DNA of 32,000 bases from Staphylothermus marinus F1 (GCF_000015945.1 NC_009033.1:210001-242000), one strand, 5' to 3'. Shown: positions 17,504 through 26,716, counted from the first letter of the stretch. Numbers and translations: made by a program. The notes: generated by a model from the letters alone, not told the origin.

Positions 17504-18767
17504 AATTGATCCTCTGAGAAATATGCTCTAAATAAACTATACTATCCTCTAGCCTCTTAACTAGTTCATCGTGTTTAGAACTATCATATATAATATGGCC
17601 ATCCACTACTATATAATGTGGAATAAAACCATTGCCTAAAATAAACCTACTTAAAAGATTCCCGGAGTGTAATGGCGTATTCTTCAAAGCATCTATATCA
17701 TAAACTACTAGGTTAGCTGGATAACCCTCTTTAATGTATCCACCCTTAATACCCATTACTCTATATCCATTCAAAACAACATAGGAATAAGTCGCTCCAA
17801 GTCTAAGCCTAGTATCCTTATAATAATGCCTATATAGAAGTAATAGTTCTCTAATCTCGGACAAAATATTTATTTTATCACCTGTAAAATCACCGGTACC
17901 AACAGTTAATGGAATATTCTTCCTAATAGCCTCATATACTGGTGCAAAACCTCCAATAGCGAGCCTCATAGATCTATGGGGACATAATATTATAGAAGCT
18001 CTCTCTTCAGAAATATACTCGAGTTCAGTACTTGAAACCCAATTAGGATTTACTAAGTAAACATTCTCACCTAATAATTTATTCTTATATAGATATTCTA
18101 TTGGCCAATGCTCTGTATATTTCTTGAATAAGAAAACTTCTCGCCTAGTTTCCGAAACATGTAATTGTATTTTTAAACCATATTTTTTAGCTAAACTAAA
18201 AATATTATCGAGCTCCTCTAGCCTTGAATAATTCATATTAGGGATATTAATGATCGGAAATACCCTATCAACATTTTTGAACTTGGATAGAAAAAGCTTT
18301 AGCTCCTCTTCCACCGGCATAATCGGGCCCGTTGAAACATACAGTCCTAGATCAATGCATGCTTTAATTGTTTCTTCAGGGTAATGATACATATCTATGA
18401 AACCTATAATGCCGTTCAATAACATTTCAGCACAGGATAATCTACTCGAATGAAAAACTAGTTCTGGAGTTAACAGTTTTTCTTCAATAACTTTTTGGGT
18501 TTTAATTAAATCCCAATACTCGTGATCAGGAATAGAGCCTCTTAGAAATGATGTTCCTGCATGAGTATGTGCATTTATATATGCTGGAGTAACAACTTGT
18601 TTTGATGCATCGATAACTAGTGATCCTCTAGGCTTCGAACAATGATCACCTATACAAGTTATTACTCCATTCTCAACAATGATGTCCTTCCTTTCATAGA
18701 TAATAGTGTTGTTAAGATCATTAGGAGTTATAATGAACCTAGCATTTCTAATACGTAGGTTTTCCAA
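17469..18767 (-). CDS. Metal-dependent amidohydrolase, nucleoside/nucleobase deaminase-like (MtaD/DadD/SsnA-type)
   Basis: INAHTHAGTSFLRG (HxH), LHVSETRRE (H..ET), CPHRSMRLAIGGFAPV (cf. CP.SN..L..G.aP) and VGTGDF (cf. GTD). Confidence 0.65.
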   Translation of the reverse strand: MENLRIRNARFIITPNDLNNTIIYERKDIIVENGVITCIGDHCSKPRGSLVIDASKQVVTPAYINAHTHAGTSFLRGSIPDHEYWDLIKTQKVIEEKLLTPELVFHSSRLSCAEMLLNGIIGFIDMYHYPEETIKACIDLGLYVSTGPIMPVEEELKLFLSKFKNVDRVFPIINIPNMNYSRLEELDNIFSLAKKYGLKIQLHVSETRREVFLFKKYTEHWPIEYLYKNKLLGENVYLVNPNWVSSTELEYISEERASIILCPHRSMRLAIGGFAPVYEAIRKNIPLTVGTGDFTGDKINILSEIRELLLLYRHYYKDTRLRLGATYSYVVLNGYRVMGIKGGYIKEGYPANLVVYDIDALKNTPLHSGNLLSRFILGNGFIPHYIVVDGHIIYDSSKHDELVKRLEDSIVYLEHISQRINYETGELIEQAW

Positions 18768-18798
18768 TTATATTCACCGAACCAATAATAAGTAATAA

Positions 18799-19215
18799 TT
18801 ACTCTAATTGAAAAGCCCTCGATAATATGGATAATGCTTCTTTTGAACCAGATATTTCTATTGTTCCATTTCTAATTTTTATGACTGTGCCCTCAAATGG
18901 ATTGTTCGGGGGGTCTGGTAGTTTTTTATCAGGTTTTTCCTTGCCGACATAGATCCACTTGAGCCTTTTCTTTTTTCCTTTAACATATTCTATTCTATAC
19001 CAGTATCTTCCGTAGTAATAGTATTTTACAGTCTCATTTCCAGACTTCTTAACAACTATATGTACAGGTTTCAGGTAGTAGCCATAGTTTTTAACAATAT
19101 TATTGTATTCATAAATTGGGCGGAGACCATCAGATATAATTAGGCTTATTCTGTTGAAAACATCATCTCTATACTTGATTCTCTTATGATCTCCGCTTCT
19201 AACGTTATCAGACAT
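18799..19215 (-). CDS. Hypothetical protein, aromatic-rich beta-hairpin motif
   Basis: 138-aa ORF containing VKYYYYGRYWYRIEYVKGKKKRLKWIYVGKEKP. The family is not recognised with confidence. Confidence 0.5.
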   Translation of the reverse strand: MSDNVRSGDHKRIKYRDDVFNRISLIISDGLRPIYEYNNIVKNYGYYLKPVHIVVKKSGNETVKYYYYGRYWYRIEYVKGKKKRLKWIYVGKEKPDKKLPDPPNNPFEGTVIKIRNGTIEISGSKEALSILSRAFQLE

Positions 19216-19272
19216 GTTTCAATCACCTGTATCGAGTGCTCCATTATATAGTATCCTAGGCGGGTTCGAAGA

Positions 19273-20247
19273 TTAATAATGTATATTCATTAGTGAATCT
19301 TGAAGTTCTATAACGCCTTTCTCAACGGGCTTCACAATAATGGGTTTGTAACCTATATTTTTTAATTTATGAATTGCTTTGTTAAGGTTGTTTTCCATAA
19401 ATAATCCGTAAACTATTCCTCCTCTACCAGCACCACTAATTTTAGCTCCTAATGCACCATTCTCAATCATAGCATAAATGATCTTGTCTGTCTCATATAT
19501 AGAAACTCCTATGGATTCTAGTAATCCTTGGTTTATACTTATTAGCTCGCCTAAATCATAAAAACGACCAGATAAGATCAAATTCCTAGCTTTATTAACA
19601 AGTTGTTCGGCTGCATCGTATATGTGCTTCATTATTTCTTTGTGTCTCTCATATCTCTCCAAGACATCCATTACAACTTTTCCCGTATTTCTCTTGATAC
19701 CCGAATCAACAACTACTAATGACAGGTTTTGAGGCCATTTAACATTTAGTTTCTCCATATATCCTCTCTTATAATATATTATTCCACCATATGTTGAAAC
19801 AGTATTATCTATACCGCTAGGTTTTCCGTGAACTAGTTTTTCTGCTTCATAAGCTATATTATTTATATCCTCTAGTTCGAATTCTACCCCTAAGAATCTC
19901 AGTAATGAATATGTAAAGGAAACTGCAGTTGCTGCCGACGATCCCATGCCGGAAGATACGGGTATATCGGAATCAATAAACGCTTTAAAACCCCTTGTAA
20001 TCCCATATTTGTCATTAATGATTTCATATATATGTTTGAATTGTGCCAGTTGTTCAGGAACACGATCTTTATCAATGTCAGTTTCTAGTCGGAGCTGCTT
20101 AGAGATAAGCAGATGTTTTTCACTCTCCAATTCCGTAATACATGTTTTAGCATATAGATTCACAGCTGTAACTATTGCTGGCTTATCCTTTACAACGAAG
20201 TGTTCCCCGAACAAAATAACTTTTGCAGGTGCTGCGCTACATATCAA
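19273..20247 (-). CDS. mvk: Mevalonate kinase
   Basis: GHMP kinase motifs: APAKVILFGEHFVV (N-terminal mevalonate kinase signature), PVSSGMGSSAA (motif 2) and KISGAGRGG (motif 3). Confidence 0.9.
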   Translation of the reverse strand: MICSAAPAKVILFGEHFVVKDKPAIVTAVNLYAKTCITELESEKHLLISKQLRLETDIDKDRVPEQLAQFKHIYEIINDKYGITRGFKAFIDSDIPVSSGMGSSAATAVSFTYSLLRFLGVEFELEDINNIAYEAEKLVHGKPSGIDNTVSTYGGIIYYKRGYMEKLNVKWPQNLSLVVVDSGIKRNTGKVVMDVLERYERHKEIMKHIYDAAEQLVNKARNLILSGRFYDLGELISINQGLLESIGVSIYETDKIIYAMIENGALGAKISGAGRGGIVYGLFMENNLNKAIHKLKNIGYKPIIVKPVEKGVIELQDSLMNIHY

Positions 20248-20333
20248 ATTGTTACACCACGACTTTACTATTTATGTATTTATGTAGTATTATGTATAAG
20301 TATTCATTAATGAATTTCTAGTTTATATTAATA

Positions 20334-21545
20334 CTAAGCCATTAATATGGAAATAATCAAGTTAGCGGTTAAAATGTATATGATTGTGCCTATAATGTCT
20401 ATCATGCTGGTTAGAATAGGTGACATAACATTATCGGGATCAAAACCTATTTTAAAGCTTAAATAAGCAAATATTTGTATCAAAAGCCATAGAATAGGTG
20501 TTATAACTATAGATGATACTAGCGATATAAGTATTGCGATACCTATCGACAATACTGAGCCGCCAGTTATAATATATGCTAGAGCATAACCAATCATTAA
20601 TATTAAAAACGATGTATAAATTGACAAAACATACATGTAAGGGAGATAGCTTAGCTTTTTCTTATCCGGCTTAAGACTTGTTAAGCCTATATGATAGAGA
20701 ACATTCTGTCTTATTGCATAGATTGATGTCAAAGACCCCATTAATCCATTAAAAACAGACACAGTCAATATTATGAAGGGATAAGATACTAGGAGATCAA
20801 TATTTCTAGCTAGAAAAGCACCTGCTCCAACATCTAGGAACAAGCAAAAAATAAGAACTAATTGGCTCTCACCTATAGTTCTAAAAGTTTCACGTAATTT
20901 ATACATGTATGATATATAGGCTAAAAACACAGTAACCAACAATATGATTACGAAAACTATGTGTCTAATAATACTATTAAATAATACCAATAATGAATAA
21001 CCAATAAGTGTCGGTGTAGTAATAATATCTGCTAACAGAAAGATCACAGGTAACATTAAGCTTTCAGGCTCAAATCCATGACGGTAAAGATATATGGATG
21101 AATAAGATGTGAACGGGTACAGTATGATTGATACAAAAATCATTGCTGGTAAAGCGACTTCAAATATTAATAATAAATCACCACCAATAAGGAACCAAGT
21201 AATAAATAATATGATTGTACTTGTCATGACAAGTGTGGATAACACAACTAATATATTACTTATTACTACTTTATCTCTAAGTCTAGGTTTAATTGATCCA
21301 AGGTATAATCCACTGTTTAAACGAGATAATAAGCTTGAATAAATGTTTCCATTAAGATCCTTCAATGGAGGATTAATTGCTAGAATCCATGGATTCTCTC
21401 TTATAAAGAACCTGTACATGCCTAAAAATATGCTTGAAGCAAATCCGCCTAAAGCATTAATTGTTAGGCTGATGAACTGTTGTTTTAAAAGCTTTTTTGA
21501 AACCATAGCGTATCTTTCATCATTGCTCAAAATCATCAACACCAT
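20334..21545 (-). CDS. MgtE-like divalent cation transporter, two tandem TM modules and no cytosolic sensor domains
   Basis: Two repeats of the MgtE/SLC41 membrane-domain pattern. One has LNGNIYSSLLSRLNSGL...EPESLMLPVIFLLADIITTP. The other has VFNGLMGSLTSIYAIRQ...DPDNVMSPILTSMIDIIGT. Confidence 0.6.
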   Translation of the reverse strand: MVLMILSNDERYAMVSKKLLKQQFISLTINALGGFASSIFLGMYRFFIRENPWILAINPPLKDLNGNIYSSLLSRLNSGLYLGSIKPRLRDKVVISNILVVLSTLVMTSTIILFITWFLIGGDLLLIFEVALPAMIFVSIILYPFTSYSSIYLYRHGFEPESLMLPVIFLLADIITTPTLIGYSLLVLFNSIIRHIVFVIILLVTVFLAYISYMYKLRETFRTIGESQLVLIFCLFLDVGAGAFLARNIDLLVSYPFIILTVSVFNGLMGSLTSIYAIRQNVLYHIGLTSLKPDKKKLSYLPYMYVLSIYTSFLILMIGYALAYIITGGSVLSIGIAILISLVSSIVITPILWLLIQIFAYLSFKIGFDPDNVMSPILTSMIDIIGTIIYILTANLIISILMA

Positions 21546-21657
21546 TTCCTAAATAAATGTAAAGATTTATGTTGTGCTTATCTCTCCTAACATTATTATT
21601 CCTTACAAGTAATCATTTATCATGTTTTATTAAGGGTTTAAATATTATATTAGAGCT

Positions 21658-22557
21658 ATGAATCAGCTAATAGTTAGTTATAGGATGATCAACATGAGCT
21701 ACAATATTAGTCGATCTCCAACCCAACAGAGAACATATACTCCTATATTTAAGTTGATCAATGATGCTAGGGAGAGATTAAGCAAGACCAAACATAAAAT
21801 AATAGTTTTAAGCGGGAAAGGAGGAGTAGGAAAAACATTCGTATCTGCAATGCTCAGCTTAGCACTAGCCTCTGAAGGGTATAGAGTGGCTTTATTTGAT
21901 GCAGACATCCATGGTTCCTCGATACCTACTGTTCTCGCAATGCATGGTATGAGACTATATGCTAGTGAAAACGGTATAGAGCCAACTCCGGGTCCTTTAG
22001 GAATAAAAGTTGTAGCTACAAACTTAATGCTTGATTCCCCAGATTTACCGATCATATGGAGGGGGCCATTAAAATCTAAAGCTATAACAGAGTTATTGGC
22101 TAAGGTGAACTGGGGAGAAAACGATTTCTTAATAATCGATCTTCCCCCGGGAACAGGTGATGAAGCGATCACTATTGTTCAGACAATAAAAGATCTCGAT
22201 GGAGCAATCATCGTTACAGCCCCAAGTATATTGTCCGAAGTAATTGTTGCTAAAGCAATAAATTTCGTAGTAAATAATGGAGTTAAATTGCTAGGTATTG
22301 TGGAGAATATGAGCTACTTTAAATGTCCTAAATGCGGATCAGTATACTATTTATTAGGGAAAAGCACAGGCGAAGAACTAGCTAAAAAATACAATACAAA
22401 ACTTCTAGCGAAAATACCTTTAGACCCCTATATCGGCGAAGCACTAGATAGAGGTGTTCCATATTATATTGAATATCCTGATGCAGAAGCTTCAAAAGCA
22501 ATTAGAGAGTTAGCAAGAAAGCTCATAGAAATTTTCCAAGAGAAGACTCCAGAGTAA
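21658..22557 (+). CDS. Mrp/NBP35/ApbC-family Fe-S cluster carrier ATPase
   Basis: Deviant Walker A SGKGGVGKT, DLPPGTGD, and a CPKCG pair downstream. The true start may be one of the downstream Met codons (aa 10 or 13). Confidence 0.88.
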   Translation: MNQLIVSYRMINMSYNISRSPTQQRTYTPIFKLINDARERLSKTKHKIIVLSGKGGVGKTFVSAMLSLALASEGYRVALFDADIHGSSIPTVLAMHGMRLYASENGIEPTPGPLGIKVVATNLMLDSPDLPIIWRGPLKSKAITELLAKVNWGENDFLIIDLPPGTGDEAITIVQTIKDLDGAIIVTAPSILSEVIVAKAINFVVNNGVKLLGIVENMSYFKCPKCGSVYYLLGKSTGEELAKKYNTKLLAKIPLDPYIGEALDRGVPYYIEYPDAEASKAIRELARKLIEIFQEKTPE

Positions 22558-22693
22558 TAAGTAACTCTATTTTACAAATCTATTTTAACAGTTACTTTCA
22601 TAGATTATTTTTCCTAATCCCATTTCAGCTAGTATTATAGAAATAAATTTATTAATAGGAACTAAACCATGTTTATTTATCTGGTGAAAAAGC

Positions 22694-23371
22694 TTGGCTA
22701 ATAACCTGGGAAATCTCAGCAAGAAACCAAACTGGATGATACTTAAGGAAGCAGCAGAACAACTAGTCAAATCAGGCAAGAAAAGATTTAGTAGAAAAGA
22801 ATTAACAAAATTCGCTAAAACACTTGATCCAACACGTCCTGAGACCAGTCTAGATTTCGAAATAGACTTAGTAACAGTTAATAGTAATAGTAAAGACCGG
22901 TATCGCGACCCAGATAAGCTCTTCCTCTTCAGAATTGCTAGGGGTAGATATACGCTTTACGACCCAGAAATACATGGACCATTAGAGAAGTATTTAGAAG
23001 AACATAGATTTATACCTACTAGAAAATATTTATTAGCACAAATAATTGAGGAGCTCAAGAAGATCGGGTATGAAGCTTATGAGAACCAGTATAATAGAAA
23101 ACCATTAGCACCAGACATTATTGCTAAGGAAAACAATGAAAGAATAGGTGTATGGGTAATCGATCCAGCAATTGATAAACCTACACAGCTGAAAGCATTA
23201 GCATATGCTCTTGGCTCAGCAATTCTCAACAAGAAGTTTAATAGACACATAATAACTATGCCTATTGATTTAGTATCAAGTATTCCACCTGAGCTTAAAG
23301 AATTATTGAAGAAACTCAGAGTTGAGATAGTATTATTGAAGGAGGAGAAGAAGTATGCTCTTATCCTATAA
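22694..23371 (+). CDS. Hypothetical protein (possible N-terminal winged-helix-like domain plus C-terminal alpha/beta domain)
   Basis: 225-aa ORF with a TTG start (alternative ATG at 22736). LFLFRIARGRYTLYDPE resembles the C-terminal hairpin of wHTH domains. The C-terminal half (APDIIAKENNERIGVWVID) is weakly nuclease-fold-like, and I do not rely on that. Confidence 0.5.
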   Translation: MANNLGNLSKKPNWMILKEAAEQLVKSGKKRFSRKELTKFAKTLDPTRPETSLDFEIDLVTVNSNSKDRYRDPDKLFLFRIARGRYTLYDPEIHGPLEKYLEEHRFIPTRKYLLAQIIEELKKIGYEAYENQYNRKPLAPDIIAKENNERIGVWVIDPAIDKPTQLKALAYALGSAILNKKFNRHIITMPIDLVSSIPPELKELLKKLRVEIVLLKEEKKYALIL

Positions 23372-23375
23372 ACAA

Positions 23376-23936
23376 TTAGTAGTTGTTATCATTACTAACA
23401 GCTAATTCTGTCTCCAATTTCTTCTTAATGATTTCTCTAGCCTCCATAAGTATCTTTTCAGAATCAGTGTAGTCCTCTACAATAAATGAGGAACCTATAT
23501 CTGGTACTTCATAACTAGACATTTCTAGGTTTCTAAGAGTTGATTCTAAATTGGCAAATAACAAACCTATGTCTGGAATAGTTGCTTCTGGAAGCTTCTT
23601 TAATTCATTAGTTAGATTCAGAACTTCTTTGGCTATGCCTTTGAAATTATGTATAGTCATAGCATATTCGAGGCTTAAAACTATTTTTTCAAGAACCAAT
23701 CTTAGATCCGCAAGTCTAGAATGGATCTTGTCAAGTTTCGCTATTTCGGATGCATATTTCTTGGCTAGAAAAGTTTCACCACGCATTTCAAGCTGAGCGG
23801 CTATTTCAAGCATGCGGTGTCTGCGACTTTTAATTCTATCCATTAAAGCCTCTATACGGCTCATTCCCTGCTTAACATTATAAATAGCGTATAAAGTCTC
23901 CTTATATGGATTAACCTTTCTACGCCTAAATACCAA
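23376..23936 (-). CDS. ESCRT-III / Snf7-superfamily protein (CdvB-paralog-like)
   Basis: 186 aa. A basic N-terminus (MVFRRRKVNPYK) is followed by a long helical hairpin whose heptad pattern parallels ESCRT-III helices 1-3 (GETFLAKKYASEIAKLDKIHSRLADLRLVLEKIVLSLEYAMTIHNFKGIAKEVLNLTNELKKL). The C-terminus is acidic. Assigned by pattern only. Confidence 0.5.
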   Translation of the reverse strand: MVFRRRKVNPYKETLYAIYNVKQGMSRIEALMDRIKSRRHRMLEIAAQLEMRGETFLAKKYASEIAKLDKIHSRLADLRLVLEKIVLSLEYAMTIHNFKGIAKEVLNLTNELKKLPEATIPDIGLLFANLESTLRNLEMSSYEVPDIGSSFIVEDYTDSEKILMEAREIIKKKLETELAVSNDNNY

Positions 23937-23997
23937 TATACTACACCCGCTTAAATTATCTATAAAAGATTTTATTAAAAGGGAGTGGATACATTAT

Positions 23998-24117
23998 GTG
24001 GTTGCCCGTGCTTTATTGTTTGCAGGCTCCCCCTTTTGGGTCGGGTTTTTCACTCTCTTCATTGAGAGGCTATTGGGGCTCCACATAGACCACTTTTGAG
24101 CCCTTCATCTGCATTTT
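23998..24117 (-). ncRNA. Candidate structured non-coding RNA (unclassified), copy 2
   Basis: On the minus strand the gggctc/gagccc stem is conserved, ctctc-aatgaa-gagag forms a hairpin, and gcc-tgc/gca(cg)ggc forms a stem with only a 10-nt loop. Ends are approximate. Confidence 0.3.
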
Positions 24118-24135
24118 ACAAACAATTATAAAGTG

Positions 24136-24143
24136 TTTATAAA
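24136..24143 (-). promoter_or_regulatory. TATA-like box (palindromic TTTATAAA) of repeat copy 2
   Basis: The same octamer as at 9370-9377, located 18 nt upstream (minus strand) of the conserved core. Confidence 0.3.
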
Positions 24144-24196
24144 GCGAAAACATAAACACTACAAAACAACCATAGTATCCAAATAAGCAAATAGTC

Positions 24197-26602
24197 TTAG
24201 CTTCTCGTCGTATCTGGCATTGTTACTTGATAAATACTTATTACCTCTACAAGTGTTCCGCCGCTTCTAAGTGTTATACCATAGAATGGCTTAGCGATCA
24301 CCATATACGGCTTGATGTAAGGATCATTGGCAAGCGGCCTATCTGCCAATGTCAATGTCTTAGTTTGATAAGCGTCTATTTCATACTTTATATTTAATCC
24401 ATACCTGCTAAGCCTGCTTTGAAGCTCATAGCTTAAAGTAGTGGGTGAACCAGTATACCATGCAAAGTAATATGTATGGTTCTTGTCCTGAATGTTTAGG
24501 TAGAGTATACTGTCTACTAGGATCTTATATATTAATGGTAGTGTATCTGGTTCGTCAAATCTGGGTGCAAGAACTATACCGCCGTTTGGATCTCTGTAGA
24601 GGTAGAAGTATTGGCTCATATCTCTACCTCCAATCTCTATCATCCACCTGCTCTTAGGAATATCTACTAATCCAATGATAAGCCCGGCTTTTACAGGATA
24701 TACTAGATAAGAATTCTCCTGCTGAGGCAGGAACTGGAAAACATCGAATACTAGAATATATGTTTTGTTTGCTGGTGCTTTTAGTTTCTTCAAAAGCTCT
24801 ACTGCTTCAGAGGAGTTCTTTGCTGTTAATATTTTTGCTAATAATGAGATCTGTGTAGAGTTAAGGGTTGCACCATCCGCAACTGTTGCTCTATGTGCAC
24901 CCACGCTTATCCAGTATCCATAATCCCACCAAGCAACAATTAATGAGTCCTTACTAGTATTTGTTCTTAGGAAATCTAGTGTTTGATACCATGCATCTGT
25001 CCGTGCATTAATTGGTGCTCCTCCACTCATTATAGAGTATATCATATGATCATATTGCGTATAAATATTATAGCCGCTGAATCCAAGATTAATAAATAAT
25101 AGAATAACTAATACTCCAGCAATTATTCTAAACCCTGAATCAGTCTTAATCCTAGCCCTCCCCCTCTTCCACTCATTAACTTCCCGTCTCGTGGGAACCA
25201 CTTTACTCCACAAATATCCTGCAAATACTCCTGCAACCAATAATCCATAAGATGCTGCTAAAGCTTCGAAGTAAGCAGCGTTGAAATACGCATAGAATGC
25301 AATCAAGAAACCGATGGCAACATATATTCGATCAGCTCCTCCCTTATACAATAAGTATAAAGCCCCGAAAAACGCTAGGAATAGTGGCGAAACAAAGAAT
25401 AACCAGTAGACCCCTGTACCCCATGAATGAAGTACTCCGAGTATTCCAGCAGCCTCAATAGCCGGCTGATGCTCTTCGACACTTCTAACCAAGGGTGGAG
25501 CCTTAACAAAGTGTAAGCCTAGAGCCCATGCATATCTAGCACCAATATTGATTACTCCCACGGAGATGAGGGCTAAACCAGTGATCACCACGATCACTAG
25601 TATTCCAAAATAATGCCATGTCCCGATCAATGGCTTCTTGAGGTGTAAATGCTTGTAACCGTTATGGAATAAATAGAATAGTACAGGTAATAATAATAGT
25701 CCAAGCATTAACGTTGCTAATCCATGCAGTCTAAACGGATATAGTCCTAGATGAAATATTATTGAAGGAGATAAGCTGACAAATAATAGTGAGAGAATCA
25801 CCACAAGTATATTATACTTTATAAAATCTAAAGTTATCTCTTTAGGAGCAAATAATGGATACAACATAAGGAATAAAATAAAGCTTCCAAGCAAATAGCT
25901 GTATCCACCCCAGAACCATCCAACAACAGCCATTGAAAGACTTGCTAGAACAGCATATTTTATCTTAGCAGTCTCCCCTCCTCCCTTATTATTAATATTC
26001 TTAACCAACTTAGCATAGAAGTATACAAATAAGAATATAAAGCCTAAAGCTATACCCTCTTTCTCAACGAAACCAACAATATTTCTATCACTAGCAGCAG
26101 GGACTACAGCATACATTAAAGCAGCAAAGAGCCCGGCAAAAATATTTCCTCCAGTAAGTTCTTTAGCCGCCAAGAATATAGTAATGAAAGCTATTACTGC
26201 GAATAATAATGGTTGTAGAACTATCCAGTCCTTAATCGTTAAGCCAAATGGTTTAACAAGAGGATAAGTTAAAGCAGTCCATAACGGGAGGCCTGGATAG
26301 CTTGATCTAGTGAAGTCTCTGCCCCATGGATACCAGAATAAATGTGTGTCAGGATTCTGCTTTGTTAAAGTATACCATGATAATAAGCCATGCGTATATG
26401 TATAGTTTGCTTGCCAATACTCAATCCACGGATCATTAGCATGTAGCTCCAACCCATAATTTATAGCTGGTAATCCACGCACATATATACCAAAAGCAAT
26501 AATCAATAATAGGACAAGATATGTTAATGCCTTACCTGCATTAGGTCTTTTATCAAACCATAAATAGATCTTATCGGCCATTTTATAAAATGTTTTGCTC
26601 AT
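24197..26602 (-). CDS. aglB: Archaeal oligosaccharyltransferase AglB (STT3 family)
   Basis: The hallmark WWDYGYWI motif (LIVAWWDYGYWISVG), a ~13-TM N-terminal domain with the acidic first loop (HANDPWIEYW), and a C-terminal soluble domain. 801 aa. Confidence 0.92.
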   Translation of the reverse strand: MSKTFYKMADKIYLWFDKRPNAGKALTYLVLLLIIAFGIYVRGLPAINYGLELHANDPWIEYWQANYTYTHGLLSWYTLTKQNPDTHLFWYPWGRDFTRSSYPGLPLWTALTYPLVKPFGLTIKDWIVLQPLLFAVIAFITIFLAAKELTGGNIFAGLFAALMYAVVPAASDRNIVGFVEKEGIALGFIFLFVYFYAKLVKNINNKGGGETAKIKYAVLASLSMAVVGWFWGGYSYLLGSFILFLMLYPLFAPKEITLDFIKYNILVVILSLLFVSLSPSIIFHLGLYPFRLHGLATLMLGLLLLPVLFYLFHNGYKHLHLKKPLIGTWHYFGILVIVVITGLALISVGVINIGARYAWALGLHFVKAPPLVRSVEEHQPAIEAAGILGVLHSWGTGVYWLFFVSPLFLAFFGALYLLYKGGADRIYVAIGFLIAFYAYFNAAYFEALAASYGLLVAGVFAGYLWSKVVPTRREVNEWKRGRARIKTDSGFRIIAGVLVILLFINLGFSGYNIYTQYDHMIYSIMSGGAPINARTDAWYQTLDFLRTNTSKDSLIVAWWDYGYWISVGAHRATVADGATLNSTQISLLAKILTAKNSSEAVELLKKLKAPANKTYILVFDVFQFLPQQENSYLVYPVKAGLIIGLVDIPKSRWMIEIGGRDMSQYFYLYRDPNGGIVLAPRFDEPDTLPLIYKILVDSILYLNIQDKNHTYYFAWYTGSPTTLSYELQSRLSRYGLNIKYEIDAYQTKTLTLADRPLANDPYIKPYMVIAKPFYGITLRSGGTLVEVISIYQVTMPDTTRS

Positions 26603-26716
26603 TTCTTTACACCATCATAATAAACAACTAATTCATAAAACTTATTTCAACTTTTAAAAAGATAATCTCTCGAAAAAAATAAAACTATTTCCCTTAGGTT
26701 ATACATATACTTTGTT

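Larger units (their letters stand above)
23998..24196 (-). repeat. GC-rich repeat element, copy 2 (inverted relative to copy 1)
   Basis: Its reverse complement aligns end to end with 9316-9555 (blocks listed under copy 1). It lacks the ~30-nt A-rich insertion of copy 1. Its 5' end on the minus strand abuts the aglB stop codon (24197-24199). Confidence 0.92.

Noticed and set aside
19263-19270. GGTTCGAA, the tRNA T-loop-like sequence, lies between mvk and the 138-aa gene.
   Set aside because: The flanking bases cannot form a T-stem, and no acceptor or anticodon arms can be drawn. It is not a tRNA.
21699-22172. Long antisense ORFs inside confirmed genes: 21699-22172, 12649-13044, 7880-8221, 540-893, 19946-20287, 3964-4257 and others in the track.
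   Set aside because: Each is fully embedded antisense in a gene with strong motif support. Their products are low-complexity with no motifs, which is typical of shadow ORFs.
22585-22779. Listed 64-aa minus-strand ORF.
   Set aside because: It overlaps the start of the 225-aa plus-strand gene and its promoter region, and it has no recognisable features. It is probably spurious.
9316-24196. Composite transposon, casposon or integrated element delimited by the inverted repeats.
   Set aside because: The interior contains only housekeeping genes (hel308, moeA, mvk, Mrp and others). It has no transposase, integrase, Cas1, polymerase or viral gene, and I see no target-site duplication flanking the repeats.
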